Source: an uncultured Gammaproteobacteria bacterium
GTDB lineage: Bacteria; Patescibacteriota; Patescibacteriia; UBA9934
Length of the DNA: 64,000 bases
Assembly: GCA_964552565.1 (NCBI GenBank)
Contig: CAZKGL010000001.1
Coordinates: forward strand, 119,649-183,648
Direction of reading: 5' to 3'
A program made the position numbers and the translations under genes. Shown piece after piece: positions 8,664-17,963 of this stretch. Numbering within the stretch: position 1 is the first letter of the stretch; each line of letters starts with the position of its first letter. A model generated the notes under the pieces. That model was not told where the DNA came from, ran no database searches, and was given only the letters and a program-made list of their open reading frames with translations.

Positions 8664-10061
8664 TTACTTCTTCTTTTTCTGCGGCGTGCGGGCTTCGCCG
8701 TGCTTGCGCTGGACGGCGCTCACGTTGATCTTGATCGGCGTGCCTTCGAAGTCGAACTGCATGCGCATCTGGCGCTCGAGGAATTTCACGTAACTTTCGG
8801 CAAGCGCGTCTTCGCGCGGCGCGTTGATGGTGAGGCGGAAGCGCGGCGGGTTCGTCGCGTACTGCTCGAAGCCGATGATGTTCGGGTGCCACGTGCCCTT
8901 GTGCTTGCTCGGCTTGTGGCGGGCGATGGCGCGGCTGATGAACTGCTTCGCCTCCGCGTCGTCGAGTTCGGTGAAGCGGCTCGCAAACACGCGGTCGATG
9001 ACTTCCAGCGTATCTTGCACGCGCTTCCCGGTGAGGGCGGAGATGAACACGATCGGCGCAAACCCGATCTGCGGCAAGTGCGCGCGGATGTATTCGTCGT
9101 ACTTGTTAATGGTGTTCGTGTCCTTGTCCGGGATGAGGTCCCACTTGTTCGCGATGAGGACGACGCTCGCGCCGTGCTCGGCGATGAGCCCCGCGAGGTG
9201 CTTGTCCTGCGCGGTAATCTTCTGGTTGATGTCGATGACGAACAGGACGACGTTCACGCGCTTCAGCATTTCGATGGTCTGCTGGACGCCGTACTTCTCG
9301 AGCATCGTGCCGCTCTCGTTGCGCCGCGCCTGGCGGCGGACGCCGGCGGTGTCGAAAAACAGGTAATCGCGGCCGCCGATGTGCGCGGCGACTTCGTTGG
9401 GTTGGCGCGTCGTGTGCGCAATGCTTGACGCAAGGAAGCGCTTTTCGCCAAGGAGTGCGTTGAGCAGCGTCGACTTCCCGGCGTTCGGCTCGCCGAACAC
9501 CGCGATACGCATCGGCAGTACGGTCGACACGTCCGCAGGCTCTTTGCCAATGCGGCTGAGCTCGGCATAGACCTCGTCGAGAAGGTCGCCGGCGCCGGTG
9601 CCGCGCGCCGCGGAGACGGGGAAGGGCTTCGCAATCGGCCAGCTGCGCCACGTGACGCCCTCGGCGCTCATGCGGAGCGCAGGCGTGTCCGCCTTGTTGC
9701 CGACGACGATGACCGGCTTCTTTGCTTCAAACAGTTTTTTTGCGATGGCGTAGTCGTCCGTGGTGGGGCCGACCGTCACGTCGACAAGGAAGAGGACGAC
9801 GTCGGCGTCCGAAATGGCGAGGTCGGTCTGTTCGATGACGCCGCGTTCGATTTCGAGCGACGGGTCGACGTCGAGGCCGCCGGTGTCGATAAGCCGGATG
9901 ACTTTGCCGCGCCAGATGCAGTCCGCCTCAAACCGGTCGCGCGTGGTCCCCGCGACGTCCGAAACCAAAGACCGCTGCTCTTCGATGAGCTTATTAAAAA
10001 GCGTCGACTTCCCGACATTGGTGCGGCCGACGAGGGCGACTTTGGGGATTTCCTGCTGCAT
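8664..10061 (-). CDS. der: ribosome-associated GTPase Der (EngA)
   Basis: Two tandem G domains (GRTNVGKST and GEPNAGKST) plus a KH-like C-terminus. Confidence 0.95.
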   Translation of the reverse strand: MQQEIPKVALVGRTNVGKSTLFNKLIEEQRSLVSDVAGTTRDRFEADCIWRGKVIRLIDTGGLDVDPSLEIERGVIEQTDLAISDADVVLFLVDVTVGPTTDDYAIAKKLFEAKKPVIVVGNKADTPALRMSAEGVTWRSWPIAKPFPVSAARGTGAGDLLDEVYAELSRIGKEPADVSTVLPMRIAVFGEPNAGKSTLLNALLGEKRFLASSIAHTTRQPNEVAAHIGGRDYLFFDTAGVRRQARRNESGTMLEKYGVQQTIEMLKRVNVVLFVIDINQKITAQDKHLAGLIAEHGASVVLIANKWDLIPDKDTNTINKYDEYIRAHLPQIGFAPIVFISALTGKRVQDTLEVIDRVFASRFTELDDAEAKQFISRAIARHKPSKHKGTWHPNIIGFEQYATNPPRFRLTINAPREDALAESYVKFLERQMRMQFDFEGTPIKINVSAVQRKHGEARTPQKKKK

Positions 10062-10069
10062 AGCGCCCG

Positions 10070-11575
10070 TTAGCGCAAAACAAGTGAGGCAGCATCTTCG
10101 CCCACGATGATTAAAAAGTCAATGTCTTCAGCGGAGGTGACGAGGTCGGCACCCGGCGTATCGTCTTCCGACAACGCGGTCGGCACGACGTCGTCCGCAT
10201 ACACCCAGCCTTCGTGCGACATGATGACGTCTGCACCGAGAAACTCCTTGAGGCTCGCGAGTTCGGCCGACTTACGGCCGTCCGTCAGGTCATAGATGGT
10301 CGTCCGCGCATACGTCCGGTCGGTAGCGTTGCCGATCGTCACGACTTCGAAGCTCGACCCGTCCAGGCGCTGGGCGGTCTGGTAGGCGAGTCCGCTGATT
10401 GCGGTGCCGTTTTGCACCTCCACCTTCACGGCCGGGACATCGGGGAGCGTTGCCGGCACGATCTCCGCGCTCGCGGTGCCGTCCGAGACGAACAGGGTTT
10501 CGGCGATTTCATGGACGTCCGACCAGTCGTCCGCCTTCGGCAGGATGATGTACGCCTCGCACCCGGTGCAGGCGTAGAGCGGACTCTCCGGGCTCGTGTC
10601 GAGCACCTGCATGGTAATGGCGTTCGTGTCGACGTTCGGCGCGTACTTCGCGAGCTTCACCATCTCCCAGAACGTGAGGTTGGTATCGATGTGGTCGTTC
10701 AGCGTATCGAGGAGGCGCGTGAGTTTGGCCGGGTTGAGGAGGACGCCGGCCGAGAGCGCTTTGTCCTTTACCGCAAGCAGGATCTTTTGCTGGCGTGCGC
10801 CGCGGGCGAAGTCCGTGCCCTCGCCGTTGTTGCCGTGGCGCGACCGGGCGAATTGGAGCGCGGTCTCGCCGTCCATGTGCGTCCATCCGCGTTCAAAGGA
10901 AACGGTGATGTACGTCGGCGATCCTTCGTACTCCGGATATTGTGCATCGGTAAAACTGTTCTCGACGTACACGTCGATGCCGCCAAGTTCGTCGATGAGT
11001 TTTTCAAACCCGTTGAAGTCGACGCGGACCGCGTAGTGGATCGGCTGGCCCGTCACGGTTTCGACGACGTCGCTTGCAAGCTTGATGCCTTCGCCATCGC
11101 CTTTCTGCTCGCCGTATGCGTTCGCGTGGTTGATCTTCCCGTTCCCGTAGCCGGGGATGCTGACGTACAAGTCGCGCGGGATTGAGAGCATGCCGAGTTC
11201 GTGCGTGGACGGCTTGAAGCTGCCGAAGATCATGGTGTCCGCAAGCTGCGGCCCGTCGTGGCCCGCGCCGCCGATGCCCATGAGGAGGAAGTTGATGCGG
11301 TCGTCCGCTTCGCCTGCGACCGGTTTGTCGCCGCTGCCGACGAGCCGCGAGAAGCCGCTCGTGAACGTCGAGAAAAACGAGAGGTTGCCCACGTCGGTCT
11401 CATCGCCGTGGGTGATCTGGGCGATGCGGTACGAAAAGAACGTGCCGACGACCGCGGTGACGGCTAAAAACATGGCGATATAGCGCCCTGAACGCGAAAC
11501 CTTGGCGCGCACCTCGCGCTCCGTGGGAATCTCGTACTTTTTTTGGAGAAAATCAACCGTGTGCTGGTCGGACAT
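10070..11575 (-). CDS. LytR-CpsA-Psr (LCP) family protein
   Basis: N-terminal TM followed by an LCP core (INFLLMGIGG...LADTMIF...LSIPRDLYVSIPGYG). Confidence 0.85.
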   Translation of the reverse strand: MSDQHTVDFLQKKYEIPTEREVRAKVSRSGRYIAMFLAVTAVVGTFFSYRIAQITHGDETDVGNLSFFSTFTSGFSRLVGSGDKPVAGEADDRINFLLMGIGGAGHDGPQLADTMIFGSFKPSTHELGMLSIPRDLYVSIPGYGNGKINHANAYGEQKGDGEGIKLASDVVETVTGQPIHYAVRVDFNGFEKLIDELGGIDVYVENSFTDAQYPEYEGSPTYITVSFERGWTHMDGETALQFARSRHGNNGEGTDFARGARQQKILLAVKDKALSAGVLLNPAKLTRLLDTLNDHIDTNLTFWEMVKLAKYAPNVDTNAITMQVLDTSPESPLYACTGCEAYIILPKADDWSDVHEIAETLFVSDGTASAEIVPATLPDVPAVKVEVQNGTAISGLAYQTAQRLDGSSFEVVTIGNATDRTYARTTIYDLTDGRKSAELASLKEFLGADVIMSHEGWVYADDVVPTALSEDDTPGADLVTSAEDIDFLIIVGEDAASLVLR

Positions 11576-11680
11576 AACGACGTACCCGTTCCTTCGGGAG
11601 TATACGCGAAAGGGGACGAGAGCGGAAGGGGAACTCGACGCTTGATTTTTCGCGAGCGATGGTATAGTTTATTGCCGCAT

Positions 11681-11757
11681 GGATGTTTAGCTCAGCTGGT
11701 TAGAGCGCTGTCCTCACACGACAGAGGTCGGTGGTTCGAGCCCACCAACATCCACCA
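11681..11757 (+). tRNA. tRNA-Val (anticodon CAC)
   Basis: Cloverleaf GGATGTT/AACATCC acceptor stem, anticodon loop CTCACAC, T-loop TTCGAGC, encoded CCA. Confidence 0.9.
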
Positions 11758-11796
11758 AAAATCCCTTCGGCTCCGGCCGAGGGGATTTTTGCTTTT
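11758..11796. terminator. intrinsic terminator after tRNA-Val (bidirectional)
   Basis: Hairpin ATCCCTTCGGC/GCCGAGGGGAT followed by TTTTTGCTTTT. Confidence 0.7.
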
Positions 11797-12886
11797 ATGG
11801 CAGTCGCTCGACCACGCCGTTTTCCGCGTCCACACGGACGAGGTCGCCGTTGTGGAGTGCGGCGAGGGCGCCGCGGACGCCGACGATGCAGGGCTTCTTG
11901 AGTTCCCGGCTCACGATGGCGGCGTGCGAGAGGAGACCGCCGCGTTCCGTGACGATCGCCGAGGCGCGCTGCATGAGGGGGAGCGCGTCCGGCGTCGTCA
12001 TGTCCATGACGAGGACGTCGCCGCCCGGGATCGTCGCCTCCGCAAGCGTATCGGCGGTGACGATGCGGACGCGGCCCGTGGCGCTGCCCGCGCAGCTGGT
12101 TTGTCCGTGTAGTGCGGCGTCTGCCGTGGCAACGTGCGGACGCGTGCCGCGCAGCATGCCGCCCAAGATGCGGTTGTAATCGATGAACCAGATGCCAAAC
12201 TCTTGCGAGCAGACCGTCTCGAAGTAGCCACAGAGGTGGTCGTGCGCGAACGTCGCGTTGCACTCCGTGCGCAGCGCGTCGCGCATCGCCGCGTCGGGGA
12301 CGTGGAGCAGCGCGACAAGTTCCTTGAGGTGCTCGCGCGCGCCGTCGTGCTTCTCGCTCATGCGCCACGTCGTGAAGTCGTACTGAAACGTGATGGGGCG
12401 CGCGGACGCCTCGAAGCCTTGCGTCAGCCGGTCGTGCGAGTCGGCGATGATGTCGCCAAACACGCCGTCCTCGTTGACGACGATGATCGTCGACCAACGG
12501 TGCTCGCTTGGCCGCGGCATGAGCTCGACGCGGTACGCGGCGTTGTCGATCGTCTGTGCGGCGAACCATGCAAGCGCGTCGGCCGTTGGCACGTTCCAAA
12601 TACGGAGCTTCGGCATCGCCGGGTCGTGCGGCACGAGACGGAGCGCGCACAGCCTGTCGCCGTACGATGCGACGGTCTCCATGAACCGCGGCGCGCGGTC
12701 CGCGACCTCTTGTGCGGAGAAACGCGACACGAGGTCGGTGGGGAGCCCAATGCGCGCGTTGAGGTGCTGCAGACGGTCGCGCTTCGCATTGTCTTCTTCG
12801 CGGAAGGCGGTTGTTTCCGCGTATCCCATGCGCTCGAGCCACTCGGTGAGCGAGACCTGCGCGTGTTTCTTCTCCGTGTCGGACAT
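11795..12886 (-). CDS. PEP-utilising enzyme mobile (phosphohistidine swivel) domain protein with an uncharacterised N-terminal domain
   Basis: C-terminus carries the swivel-domain signature GGLLSHAAIVSRELKKPCIVGV. The first ~270 aa show no ATP-grasp or PPDK motifs. Confidence 0.6.
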   Translation of the reverse strand: MSDTEKKHAQVSLTEWLERMGYAETTAFREEDNAKRDRLQHLNARIGLPTDLVSRFSAQEVADRAPRFMETVASYGDRLCALRLVPHDPAMPKLRIWNVPTADALAWFAAQTIDNAAYRVELMPRPSEHRWSTIIVVNEDGVFGDIIADSHDRLTQGFEASARPITFQYDFTTWRMSEKHDGAREHLKELVALLHVPDAAMRDALRTECNATFAHDHLCGYFETVCSQEFGIWFIDYNRILGGMLRGTRPHVATADAALHGQTSCAGSATGRVRIVTADTLAEATIPGGDVLVMDMTTPDALPLMQRASAIVTERGGLLSHAAIVSRELKKPCIVGVRGALAALHNGDLVRVDAENGVVERLP

Positions 12887-12912
12887 AGCCTCCTCATGCT
12901 AGCATAGGCGGC

Positions 12913-12950
12913 TTGATTTTTCCGTTTTTTATGGTATACTCGGTACAATT
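12913..12950 (+). promoter_or_regulatory. sigma70-like promoter upstream of lepB
   Basis: TTGATT, a 16-17 nt spacer, then TATACT. A TACAAT is also nearby. Confidence 0.45.
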
Positions 12951-12960
12951 TGCAGCATTT

Positions 12961-13608
12961 ATGAACGAAACTTCCCCGAACGACCCGAAGGGCGGCACGC
13001 GAACGCCGCTCCTTGTTTCCTGGCTTGGCCCGACGGCCGGCGCCGTCGCGATGTTCGTGGTGGAGATCGCGAAGATCGTCATCATCGCGGTCGCGATCAT
13101 CGTCGTCGTGCGTTACTTCCTCATCCAGCCGTTCGTCGTGAAAGGCGCGTCGATGGAGCCGAGTTTCTACGACAAGGAGTACCTCATCGTCGACGAAGTG
13201 ACGTACCGCTTCCGCGACCCGGTGCGCGGCGAAGTCGTCGTGTTCCATCCGCCGGAGCGTTCCGCGGAGGGGTTTTACGAAGAGAGCAGCCAGTACTACA
13301 TCAAGCGCGTCATCGGGCTCCCCGGGGAGACGGTGGAGATCCGCGACGGCCGCATCACCATCTATAACGAGGACGAGCCGAACGGCGTCTTGCTCGACGA
13401 GACCTACACGAGCGAGTACACCGACGGCCACATGCGTGTCGTCGTCCCCGCGGGGCAATACTTCCTCATGGGCGACAACCGCGACGCGAGCCTGGACTCC
13501 CGCACCTTCGGTTCCGTGCCGTTTGAAAACCTCATCGGCAGGGTCTGGGTGCGCGGGTATCCGCTCGACCGCCTCGGCGGGTTCTCGGTCCCTGAATATA
13601 ATTTCTAG
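12961..13608 (+). CDS. lepB: signal peptidase I
   Basis: Catalytic boxes GASMEP (Ser), YIKRVIGLPGE (Lys) and GDNRDAS. The start is taken at the ATG of MNETSP. The track ORF begins at an upstream TTG. Confidence 0.85.
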   Translation: MNETSPNDPKGGTRTPLLVSWLGPTAGAVAMFVVEIAKIVIIAVAIIVVVRYFLIQPFVVKGASMEPSFYDKEYLIVDEVTYRFRDPVRGEVVVFHPPERSAEGFYEESSQYYIKRVIGLPGETVEIRDGRITIYNEDEPNGVLLDETYTSEYTDGHMRVVVPAGQYFLMGDNRDASLDSRTFGSVPFENLIGRVWVRGYPLDRLGGFSVPEYNF

Positions 13609-13628
13609 CTGAATTCCTCATTCCACGT

Positions 13629-15158
13629 ATGGCAAAACCCACGCAGATGCCGGGGCAGGGCGTCGAACCGAAAAAGAAAGGCCCGAAGACACCGGAACTG
13701 GTCCGCGGTTTCCGCGACGTGCTGCCGGAGGAGCAGTGGCACTGGGATCGCATCGAAGAGGTCGCGCGCACCCTCACGAAGTCGTACGGCTTCGGTCGTA
13801 TCCGCTTGCCCATCCTCGAGTTCGCGACGCTGTTTGAGCGCACGGCCGGCAAGGAGAGCGACGTCGTGCAGAAGGAGATGTACACGTTCGAGGACCCGGG
13901 CGGCGACCGCGTCGCCATGCGCCCGGAAGGCACGGCCCAGGTGGCGCGCGCCTACATCGAGCACGGCATGGTGAACCTGCCGCAGCCGATCAAGCTTTGG
14001 TATTTTGAACAATTCTTCCGCCACGACCGTCCGCAGTTCGGCCGCTACCGCCAGCTGCAGCAGTTCGGGCTCGAGGCGATTGGCAGCATCGACCCGATCA
14101 TCGACGCGCAGATCATGCTCATGACGCACCGCTTCTACCGCGAGCTTGGCGTCGAGGTCGTGCTGCACGTCAACAGCCTCGGCACGCCGACGTCGCGCCG
14201 CGAGTACATCGCGCAGCTCGTGTCGTACTTCAAGGCGCACAAGAACAAGTTGTCCGAGACCGACAAGCGCCGCCTGCTCAAGAACCCGCTCCGCCTCCTC
14301 GACAGCAAGGAGCCGGGCATGGAGGAGCTCAAGGCCGGCGCGCCGCAGATCGTTGACTACCTCGACGCGGAGAGCAAGCAGCACTTCATGAAGGCGCTCG
14401 AGTACCTCGACGAAGCGGACGTGCCGTACGTGCTTGACCCGCACCTCGTGCGCGGCCTCGACTACTACACGCACACCATTTTCGAAGTGTTCATGCAGAA
14501 CCCGAAGACGGAGGAGATGAAGGGTCTGGCGCTTGGCGGCGGCGGCCGGTACGACGGCCTCGTCCCGATGCTCGGCGGACGCGAGAACACCGGCGCCATG
14601 GGCGCGGGCCTCGGCGTCGACCGCACCATCCTCGCCATGAAGCAGTCGGGCGTCACCCAGCCGCACGAAGAGAAGCGCGTCGACATCTTCTTCTGCCAGC
14701 TCGGCGACGCCGCGCGCCGCAAGGGACTTGCGGTGTTCGAGAAGATCCGCGAAGGCGGCATGTCGTGTGCCGAGGCCTTCGGGAAGGGCTCGCTCAAGGC
14801 GCAGCTCGAGATCGCGGACAAGCTGAAGGCGAAGCTCGCGCTCATCTTAGGCCAGAAGGAAGTGCTCGACGGCACCATCATCATCCGCGACATGGATTCG
14901 GGCGCACAGGAAATCGTGGACGTCGAGAAGGTCGTCGGCATCCTGGCCCGCCGCGTGGTCGCAAAGAACACGCTCTCGCTCGTCGAGCAGACGGCGATCG
15001 CCGCCGAGGCCGCGGAAGCGGAAGAGAAGACGGCGGACAAGGGGCATCGCGCCGGCCGCGTGACGACCGTGAAGGTGGAGCCGGTGGAGGCGAAGGAAGA
15101 AAAGCCGAAAGACGACGAGAAGCCGAAGAAGCGCAGCATCTTTGGACGCAAGAAATAG
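13629..15158 (+). CDS. hisS: histidyl-tRNA synthetase
   Basis: Class II motifs (RGFRD..., RPEGTA, GGGRYD) and an anticodon-binding domain. Lys/Glu-rich C-terminal tail. Confidence 0.95.
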   Translation: MAKPTQMPGQGVEPKKKGPKTPELVRGFRDVLPEEQWHWDRIEEVARTLTKSYGFGRIRLPILEFATLFERTAGKESDVVQKEMYTFEDPGGDRVAMRPEGTAQVARAYIEHGMVNLPQPIKLWYFEQFFRHDRPQFGRYRQLQQFGLEAIGSIDPIIDAQIMLMTHRFYRELGVEVVLHVNSLGTPTSRREYIAQLVSYFKAHKNKLSETDKRRLLKNPLRLLDSKEPGMEELKAGAPQIVDYLDAESKQHFMKALEYLDEADVPYVLDPHLVRGLDYYTHTIFEVFMQNPKTEEMKGLALGGGGRYDGLVPMLGGRENTGAMGAGLGVDRTILAMKQSGVTQPHEEKRVDIFFCQLGDAARRKGLAVFEKIREGGMSCAEAFGKGSLKAQLEIADKLKAKLALILGQKEVLDGTIIIRDMDSGAQEIVDVEKVVGILARRVVAKNTLSLVEQTAIAAEAAEAEEKTADKGHRAGRVTTVKVEPVEAKEEKPKDDEKPKKRSIFGRKK

Positions 15159-15170
15159 GCGGACGGCATA

Positions 15171-15210
15171 GCCGGGGTCCCTGTGCCCCGGCTATTGCTG
15201 TTTTTGTACG
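15171..15210 (+). terminator. terminator hairpin (AGCCGGGG-loop-CCCCGGCT family)
   Basis: ATAGCCGGGGtccctgtgCCCCGGCTAT followed by TGCTGTTTTT. Confidence 0.65.
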
Positions 15211-15250
15211 GCTGTGTCAGCCTGGAGGCGTCAACCCACTGGAGGATCCG

Positions 15251-15904
15251 ATGACCACGATTGTCCGCACCTTCGACGAGGCCCGGGAGGCGCTCGCGCG
15301 CTTCGACGCCGAACACTGGAAGCACGAGGACGGCATGCCGACCGTGCGGCACGTGCTCCTCCATCTCGTGAAGATGGGGCGGGTGCATTGCCTCGACCAG
15401 CTCGCGGTGAGCCAGGAGCACCGCGCGGAGGTCTACGACCAGGCGGTGCAGCGGCTCCTCGAGAACAGCCTGCGCCTCGAGCGCGCGGCCGGCGGCCGCC
15501 TCAAGGACGAGCACGAGTGGCTCGCCTCGCTCTACGGCGAGCCGCCGGATTGTCGCGGAGGAGGCTACGGGCGCGGCGCCGGTCTCGGCCTGCTGTACCA
15601 GGACTACGAGCAGATGGGGCCGTACCGCGCGGTCTGGCGGCACATGGCCATCCCCTTCGACGCGCTCACGACCGTCGTCCACGCGTGGGAGCACGACCTG
15701 CACCCTGTCGAGTCGTACGCGAAGCGCATCACCGAGTGCGCCGACATGCTGCGCGACGCGGCGTTCCTGTTCCGCATGTACGGCGCCGAACGCGCCGATG
15801 CGCGGTGCCGCCGGATTCTCCGCGAGGCCACGGACGAGGAGGCTGTCGTGGACATCCTCGAGCCGCTCGGCCGCCGCCTCGACTACCTCTGGCAGCGCGA
15901 ATAG
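15251..15904 (+). CDS. hypothetical protein
   Basis: ORF with high-GC third-position bias. GGAGG sits 5 nt upstream of the ATG at 15251. The longer track ORF from 14765 overlaps hisS and is rejected. Confidence 0.45.
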   Translation: MTTIVRTFDEAREALARFDAEHWKHEDGMPTVRHVLLHLVKMGRVHCLDQLAVSQEHRAEVYDQAVQRLLENSLRLERAAGGRLKDEHEWLASLYGEPPDCRGGGYGRGAGLGLLYQDYEQMGPYRAVWRHMAIPFDALTTVVHAWEHDLHPVESYAKRITECADMLRDAAFLFRMYGAERADARCRRILREATDEEAVVDILEPLGRRLDYLWQRE

Positions 15905-15972
15905 TGCGTGCCGACCCGTGCCCGGGCTCCGACTGGAGTCCGGGCGCAGCCGTTTTCCGGGGGCTTCCCCGC

Positions 15973-16001
15973 TTGACGGAAGCACGGGATTCCGCTACAC
16001 T
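15973..16001 (+). promoter_or_regulatory. sigma70-like promoter upstream of rpsU
   Basis: TTGACG, a 17-nt spacer (gaagcacgggattccgc), then TACACT. Shares the TTGACnGAAGCAC extended -35 with the promoter at 48631. Confidence 0.5.
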
Positions 16002-16036
16002 TCGGCCAACTCCAACTAGAAAGGAAGGTGGCAACC

Positions 16037-16288
16037 ATGTCGTCAATCGAAGTCAAACGCAAAAAGGGCGAGAGCTTTGAAGCGGTGTTCCGCCGCTTTA
16101 CGCGTCGCCTCCAGCAGAGCGGGAAGGTCCTGACGGTGCGCGGCAAGCGTTTCCGCAGCAAGGATCCGAACAAGAACCGCAAACACGACAGTGCCATCCG
16201 TCGCCTTGAAATGGGCGCCAAGCGCGAGTACCTCTTGAAGACCGGCAAGGTCAAAGAAGAGGACCTCCAGCAGGCACGCCGCCGCTAA
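16037..16288 (+). CDS. rpsU: 30S ribosomal protein S21
   Basis: MSSIEVKRKKGESFEAVFRRFTRRLQQSGK... matches the S21 family. AAGGAAGG SD lies 8 nt upstream. Confidence 0.9.
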   Translation: MSSIEVKRKKGESFEAVFRRFTRRLQQSGKVLTVRGKRFRSKDPNKNRKHDSAIRRLEMGAKREYLLKTGKVKEEDLQQARRR

Positions 16289-16302
16289 TACGGCACACGA
16301 AG

Positions 16303-16329
16303 CAGGGGATAACCCCTGTTTTGTGTTTT
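16303..16329 (+). terminator. intrinsic terminator after rpsU
   Basis: CAGGGGATAACCCCTG followed by TTTTGTGTTTT. Confidence 0.75.
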
Positions 16330-16383
16330 GGTACAATGGAAGTACGCGCAAACCCTAATTCAACTCCCCGCAAGCATGCTTTT

Positions 16384-16704
16384 ATGTTTGATAACGAGAC
16401 CGTGGCACAGCTGCGAGGGATTATTCGTGAGGAAGTCCAAGGGGGGGTTGACGGCATCGATGGGCGGTTTGCCGCTATCGATGCCCGATTCGACGCTATT
16501 GATGCCCGATTTGAGCGTGTCGATGCCGAGTTTAAGAGTATTGATGACCGGTTTGAACGGCTTGAGCAGAAAATTGAACGCGAGGTCGATGCATTGCGGA
16601 CGGACATGCATGCGGAATTCGCAGCGCAGCACCGCCGCATCATCAGCGATGTCGGCGAGATGATCGAGCAGAACGTCTTGCCTCACGTATTCCGCCACGC
16701 ATAA
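16384..16704 (+). CDS. hypothetical small coiled-coil protein with tandem IDxRF repeats
   Basis: IDGRFAAIDARFDAIDARFERVDAEFKSIDDRFERLEQ repeats. The start is taken at the ATG of MFDNET. An extended -10 (TGgTACAAT) at 16330-16337 precedes it. Confidence 0.5.
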   Translation: MFDNETVAQLRGIIREEVQGGVDGIDGRFAAIDARFDAIDARFERVDAEFKSIDDRFERLEQKIEREVDALRTDMHAEFAAQHRRIISDVGEMIEQNVLPHVFRHA

Positions 16705-16710
16705 GCCAAA

Positions 16711-16744
16711 CCAAAAGCGGGACGCCATCCCGCTTTTGGTTTTC
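16711..16744 (+). terminator. intrinsic terminator
   Basis: CCAAAAGCGGGAcgccaTCCCGCTTTTGG followed by TTTTC. Confidence 0.8.
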
Positions 16745-16772
16745 TGAAGCACATGTTACCGTTGAGCCATCT

Positions 16773-17420
16773 ATGGAGAAGCCCCTCCTCCTCTTCGACT
16801 TCGACGGCGTGTTGGTGGATTCGTTTGATATTAACCAGCAGGTCTTCAACGAGTTTTACCCGCAGATGACGCAGGACGAGATCCTTTCCTTGTATGACGG
16901 GAATGGCATCACGCGGCTGCGCGAATTCCAGGAGCGCAACGGATACACCGACATCCTCGAGCGGCAAACGGCGTTTTCGGTCCGCTACAGCGAACTCGCG
17001 GCGACGAAGTCGCTGTCCGACTGGGCGGCGGCGATGTTGCAGCAGCTCGCGGAACGGTTCACGCTGACGATCGTCACGACGAGCAGGGAGGAGGGGGTTG
17101 AGGCGTGTTTGATGCGTTCCGGTGCACGTGGGCATGTTGCCCGCATTTATGGCCGCAACGCGCATGACAGCAAGGTCGAAAAGATCCGTATGGCATTTGC
17201 AGACCATGGCGGCGTGCCGGAGAGGAGCCTGTTCGTGACGGATACGGTCGGCGACGTCCATGAGGCGAGGGAGGCGGGCGTCCACGCGCTTGCCGTGGCG
17301 TGGGGCTTCCATCCGCGCGAACGGTTGGCAAAGGGGAATCCGTGGGCTATTGTGGACTCACCCGCACATCTCACTACGATGATCGATACCTATTTCTATG
17401 ACGCTGTACGAACAGATTAA
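16773..17420 (+). CDS. HAD-superfamily hydrolase (subfamily IA, phosphatase-like)
   Basis: Motif I LLLFDFDGVLVDS at the N-terminus. Later HAD motifs are present. Confidence 0.8.
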   Translation: MEKPLLLFDFDGVLVDSFDINQQVFNEFYPQMTQDEILSLYDGNGITRLREFQERNGYTDILERQTAFSVRYSELAATKSLSDWAAAMLQQLAERFTLTIVTTSREEGVEACLMRSGARGHVARIYGRNAHDSKVEKIRMAFADHGGVPERSLFVTDTVGDVHEAREAGVHALAVAWGFHPRERLAKGNPWAIVDSPAHLTTMIDTYFYDAVRTD

Positions 17421-17844
17421 GGACGACATGAAATCCGCGATGAAGAGCAAGGACGCGGAAACGCTCGACACCGTGCGCATGCTGCTTGCGTCGCTCAAGA
17501 ACAAGGCGATCGACATGCAGAAGGAGCTCGACGACGCCGATGTCATGGCGGTCGTGAAGAGCGACCTCAAAAAGCTGAAGGACGGGCTGGACTCGTTCGT
17601 CGCCGCGGCGCGCGAGGACCTGGCAGAAAAAGCGCGCAAGGAGATGAAGGTGCTCGAGAAGTACTTGCCGGCGCAGATGAGCGACGAAGAGCTGGAACAG
17701 AAGGTCCGCGCAACGCTCGCGGAGCTCGGCATCACGGACGCATCCGGCATCGGCAAGGCGATGGGGCAGCTCATGGGCAAGCTGAAAGACTTTGCCGACG
17801 GCTCCCGCATCAAGGCGATGGTTGATAAAGTATTGAAAGGGTAG
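17398..17844 (+). CDS. yqeY: GatB/YqeY domain protein
   Basis: MTLYEQIKDDMKSAMKSKDAETLDTVRMLLASLKN... is the typical YqeY N-terminus. Overlaps the HAD gene by 23 nt. Confidence 0.8.
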   Translation: MTLYEQIKDDMKSAMKSKDAETLDTVRMLLASLKNKAIDMQKELDDADVMAVVKSDLKKLKDGLDSFVAAAREDLAEKARKEMKVLEKYLPAQMSDEELEQKVRATLAELGITDASGIGKAMGQLMGKLKDFADGSRIKAMVDKVLKG

Positions 17845-17953
17845 GGACTCGGGTGCGTCGTTGTGCTCCGCAACTGCGCTACGCCGCGGCGGCGACAAGT
17901 CGCCGGCGGCTGGGCGCAGACGTCTCCGCCCAACGACGCACCACTCGTCCCTC
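17844..17953. repeat. palindromic REP/MITE-like element, family A (copy 1, 110 bp)
   Basis: Inverted match to 39471..39559. Copy 1 carries an extra ~25-bp palindromic insert. The element is itself an imperfect ~100-nt hairpin. Confidence 0.7.
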
Positions 17954-17963
17954 GGAAGAAGAC

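Noticed and set aside
14765-15250. N-terminal 162 codons of ORF 14765..15904
   Set aside because: Overlaps the 3' end of hisS in another frame. It is Arg/Gly-rich. The downstream ATG at 15251 has a GGAGG SD.
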